In this document: positions 63,340 to 64,000 of the stretch, in pieces | Position numbering within the stretch: the stretch's first letter is position 1 | Layout of the letters: every line of letters begins with the position of its first letter | DNA from: Chiloscyllium plagiosum | Lineage: Eukaryota | Direction: 5' to 3' | Assembly (NCBI RefSeq): GCF_004010195.1 | Contig: NC_057718.1 | Span: 47,559,556 to 47,623,555 of the forward strand | Length of the DNA: 64,000 nt | Notes under the pieces: model-generated | What the model was told of the DNA's origin: nothing | Seen by the model: the letters and a program-made list of their open reading frames with translations, nothing else | Database searches by the model: none | Program-made: the position numbers and the translations under genes

Positions 63340-63988
63340 ATATGGCTTTCAGAGATGTATTTTGTCCAGTTTTATTTTGTGGAGAGTTATTTTGAGTCAG
63401 ACGTAGTGAGTTATCTCTTTCAAGCCAACAAACTGAACAGCTTGTGAGGCCCCGGTGTTTAAAAAAAAAACTTAGAACAATAAAAGTAGCATTAATGGGT
63501 GGAGTCAGGCTCCCACAGCAGCAGAGTTTTTGTTCAGCTTTCAGTAGTGGTTGGGATTTTGAAGTTGGCTGTGGGAGCTGCTATACATTTCTCTCAGCCA
63601 CAGCAGAAAGCTGGAGTTTGTTCTCTCTGCCAGAATCTTCTATTGCTGTTCTTTTCTCTTGGACTGGAAAAACACAACACAAGACAATTTATTTTACTGA
63701 AGTTATCTTTGTAAAGAGTGTGTTATGGGATGTTACTATACTGGAGCACTTACTGTTTAGCAGTTAAATAATCTATTATTCTGTTAAGTTTTCCAATAGA
63801 GTTATACCAATTCTTCTTTCTTTTGTTTGTGTTTTAACTGAGTGTAAGAATAAAGTGTTTTACTGAAAGCCAATGTGACTAGTCGAATGAGATCTGGAAC
63901 ACAGCATCTTACACTTGCCTTTAAATAAAATAAAAGTTGGGTCGAGGCTATCTCCTTGATACATTTGAAGGAAGTTTGATCCATAACA
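63340..63988 (+). mobile_element. Probable solo LTR related to the gypsy element at 31813-34965 (left edge uncertain)
   Basis: 63527-63830 resembles 31820-32120; shares the ...ccataaca terminus with 34965. Confidence 0.6.
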
Positions 63989-64000
63989 GTAATACCAATG

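Noticed and set aside
1..64000. CRISPR array, retron, defence island or other prokaryotic system; intact autonomous transposon; intronic snoRNA
   Set aside because: No repeat-spacer periodicity or operon-like ORF density; all RT ORFs are broken; no C/D or H/ACA structure could be supported by eye (an Rfam/Infernal scan would settle this).

Overview
Eukaryotic, intron-rich DNA from a vertebrate, most likely a shark or other cartilaginous fish (inferred from HE1-type V-SINEs and the CR1 and Penelope repertoire). The window holds the 3' halves of two convergent genes. On +, four coding exons of the proton-activated chloride channel PACC1/TMEM206 (3542-9684). On -, eight coding exons of the PP2A B56-alpha regulatory subunit PPP2R5A (62294 down to the stop at 30998). 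All 12 exons have canonical splice sites and consistent phases. The rest is mostly decayed mobile DNA: CR1 LINEs (two with an esterase-type ORF1), V-SINEs and other SINEs, a Gmr1-like gypsy remnant, solo LTRs, TA-targeting MITEs, RTE, Tx1 and Harbinger scraps, and several Penelope-like element (PLE) derivatives. The most interesting signal is the PLE set. Their terminal repeats carry minimal hammerhead-ribozyme cores (CUGAUGA-stem-GAAA-GCUA). One 2.8-kb copy and three ~140-185 bp mini-copies are inverted fold-backs, and the three minis all pivot at or within the hammerhead. One mini keeps an intact core in the sense orientation of a PPP2R5A intron. No prokaryotic system or CRISPR array is present. 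Most ORF-track entries are spurious or are TE fragments. All family assignments are by eye and from memory, not from database searches.
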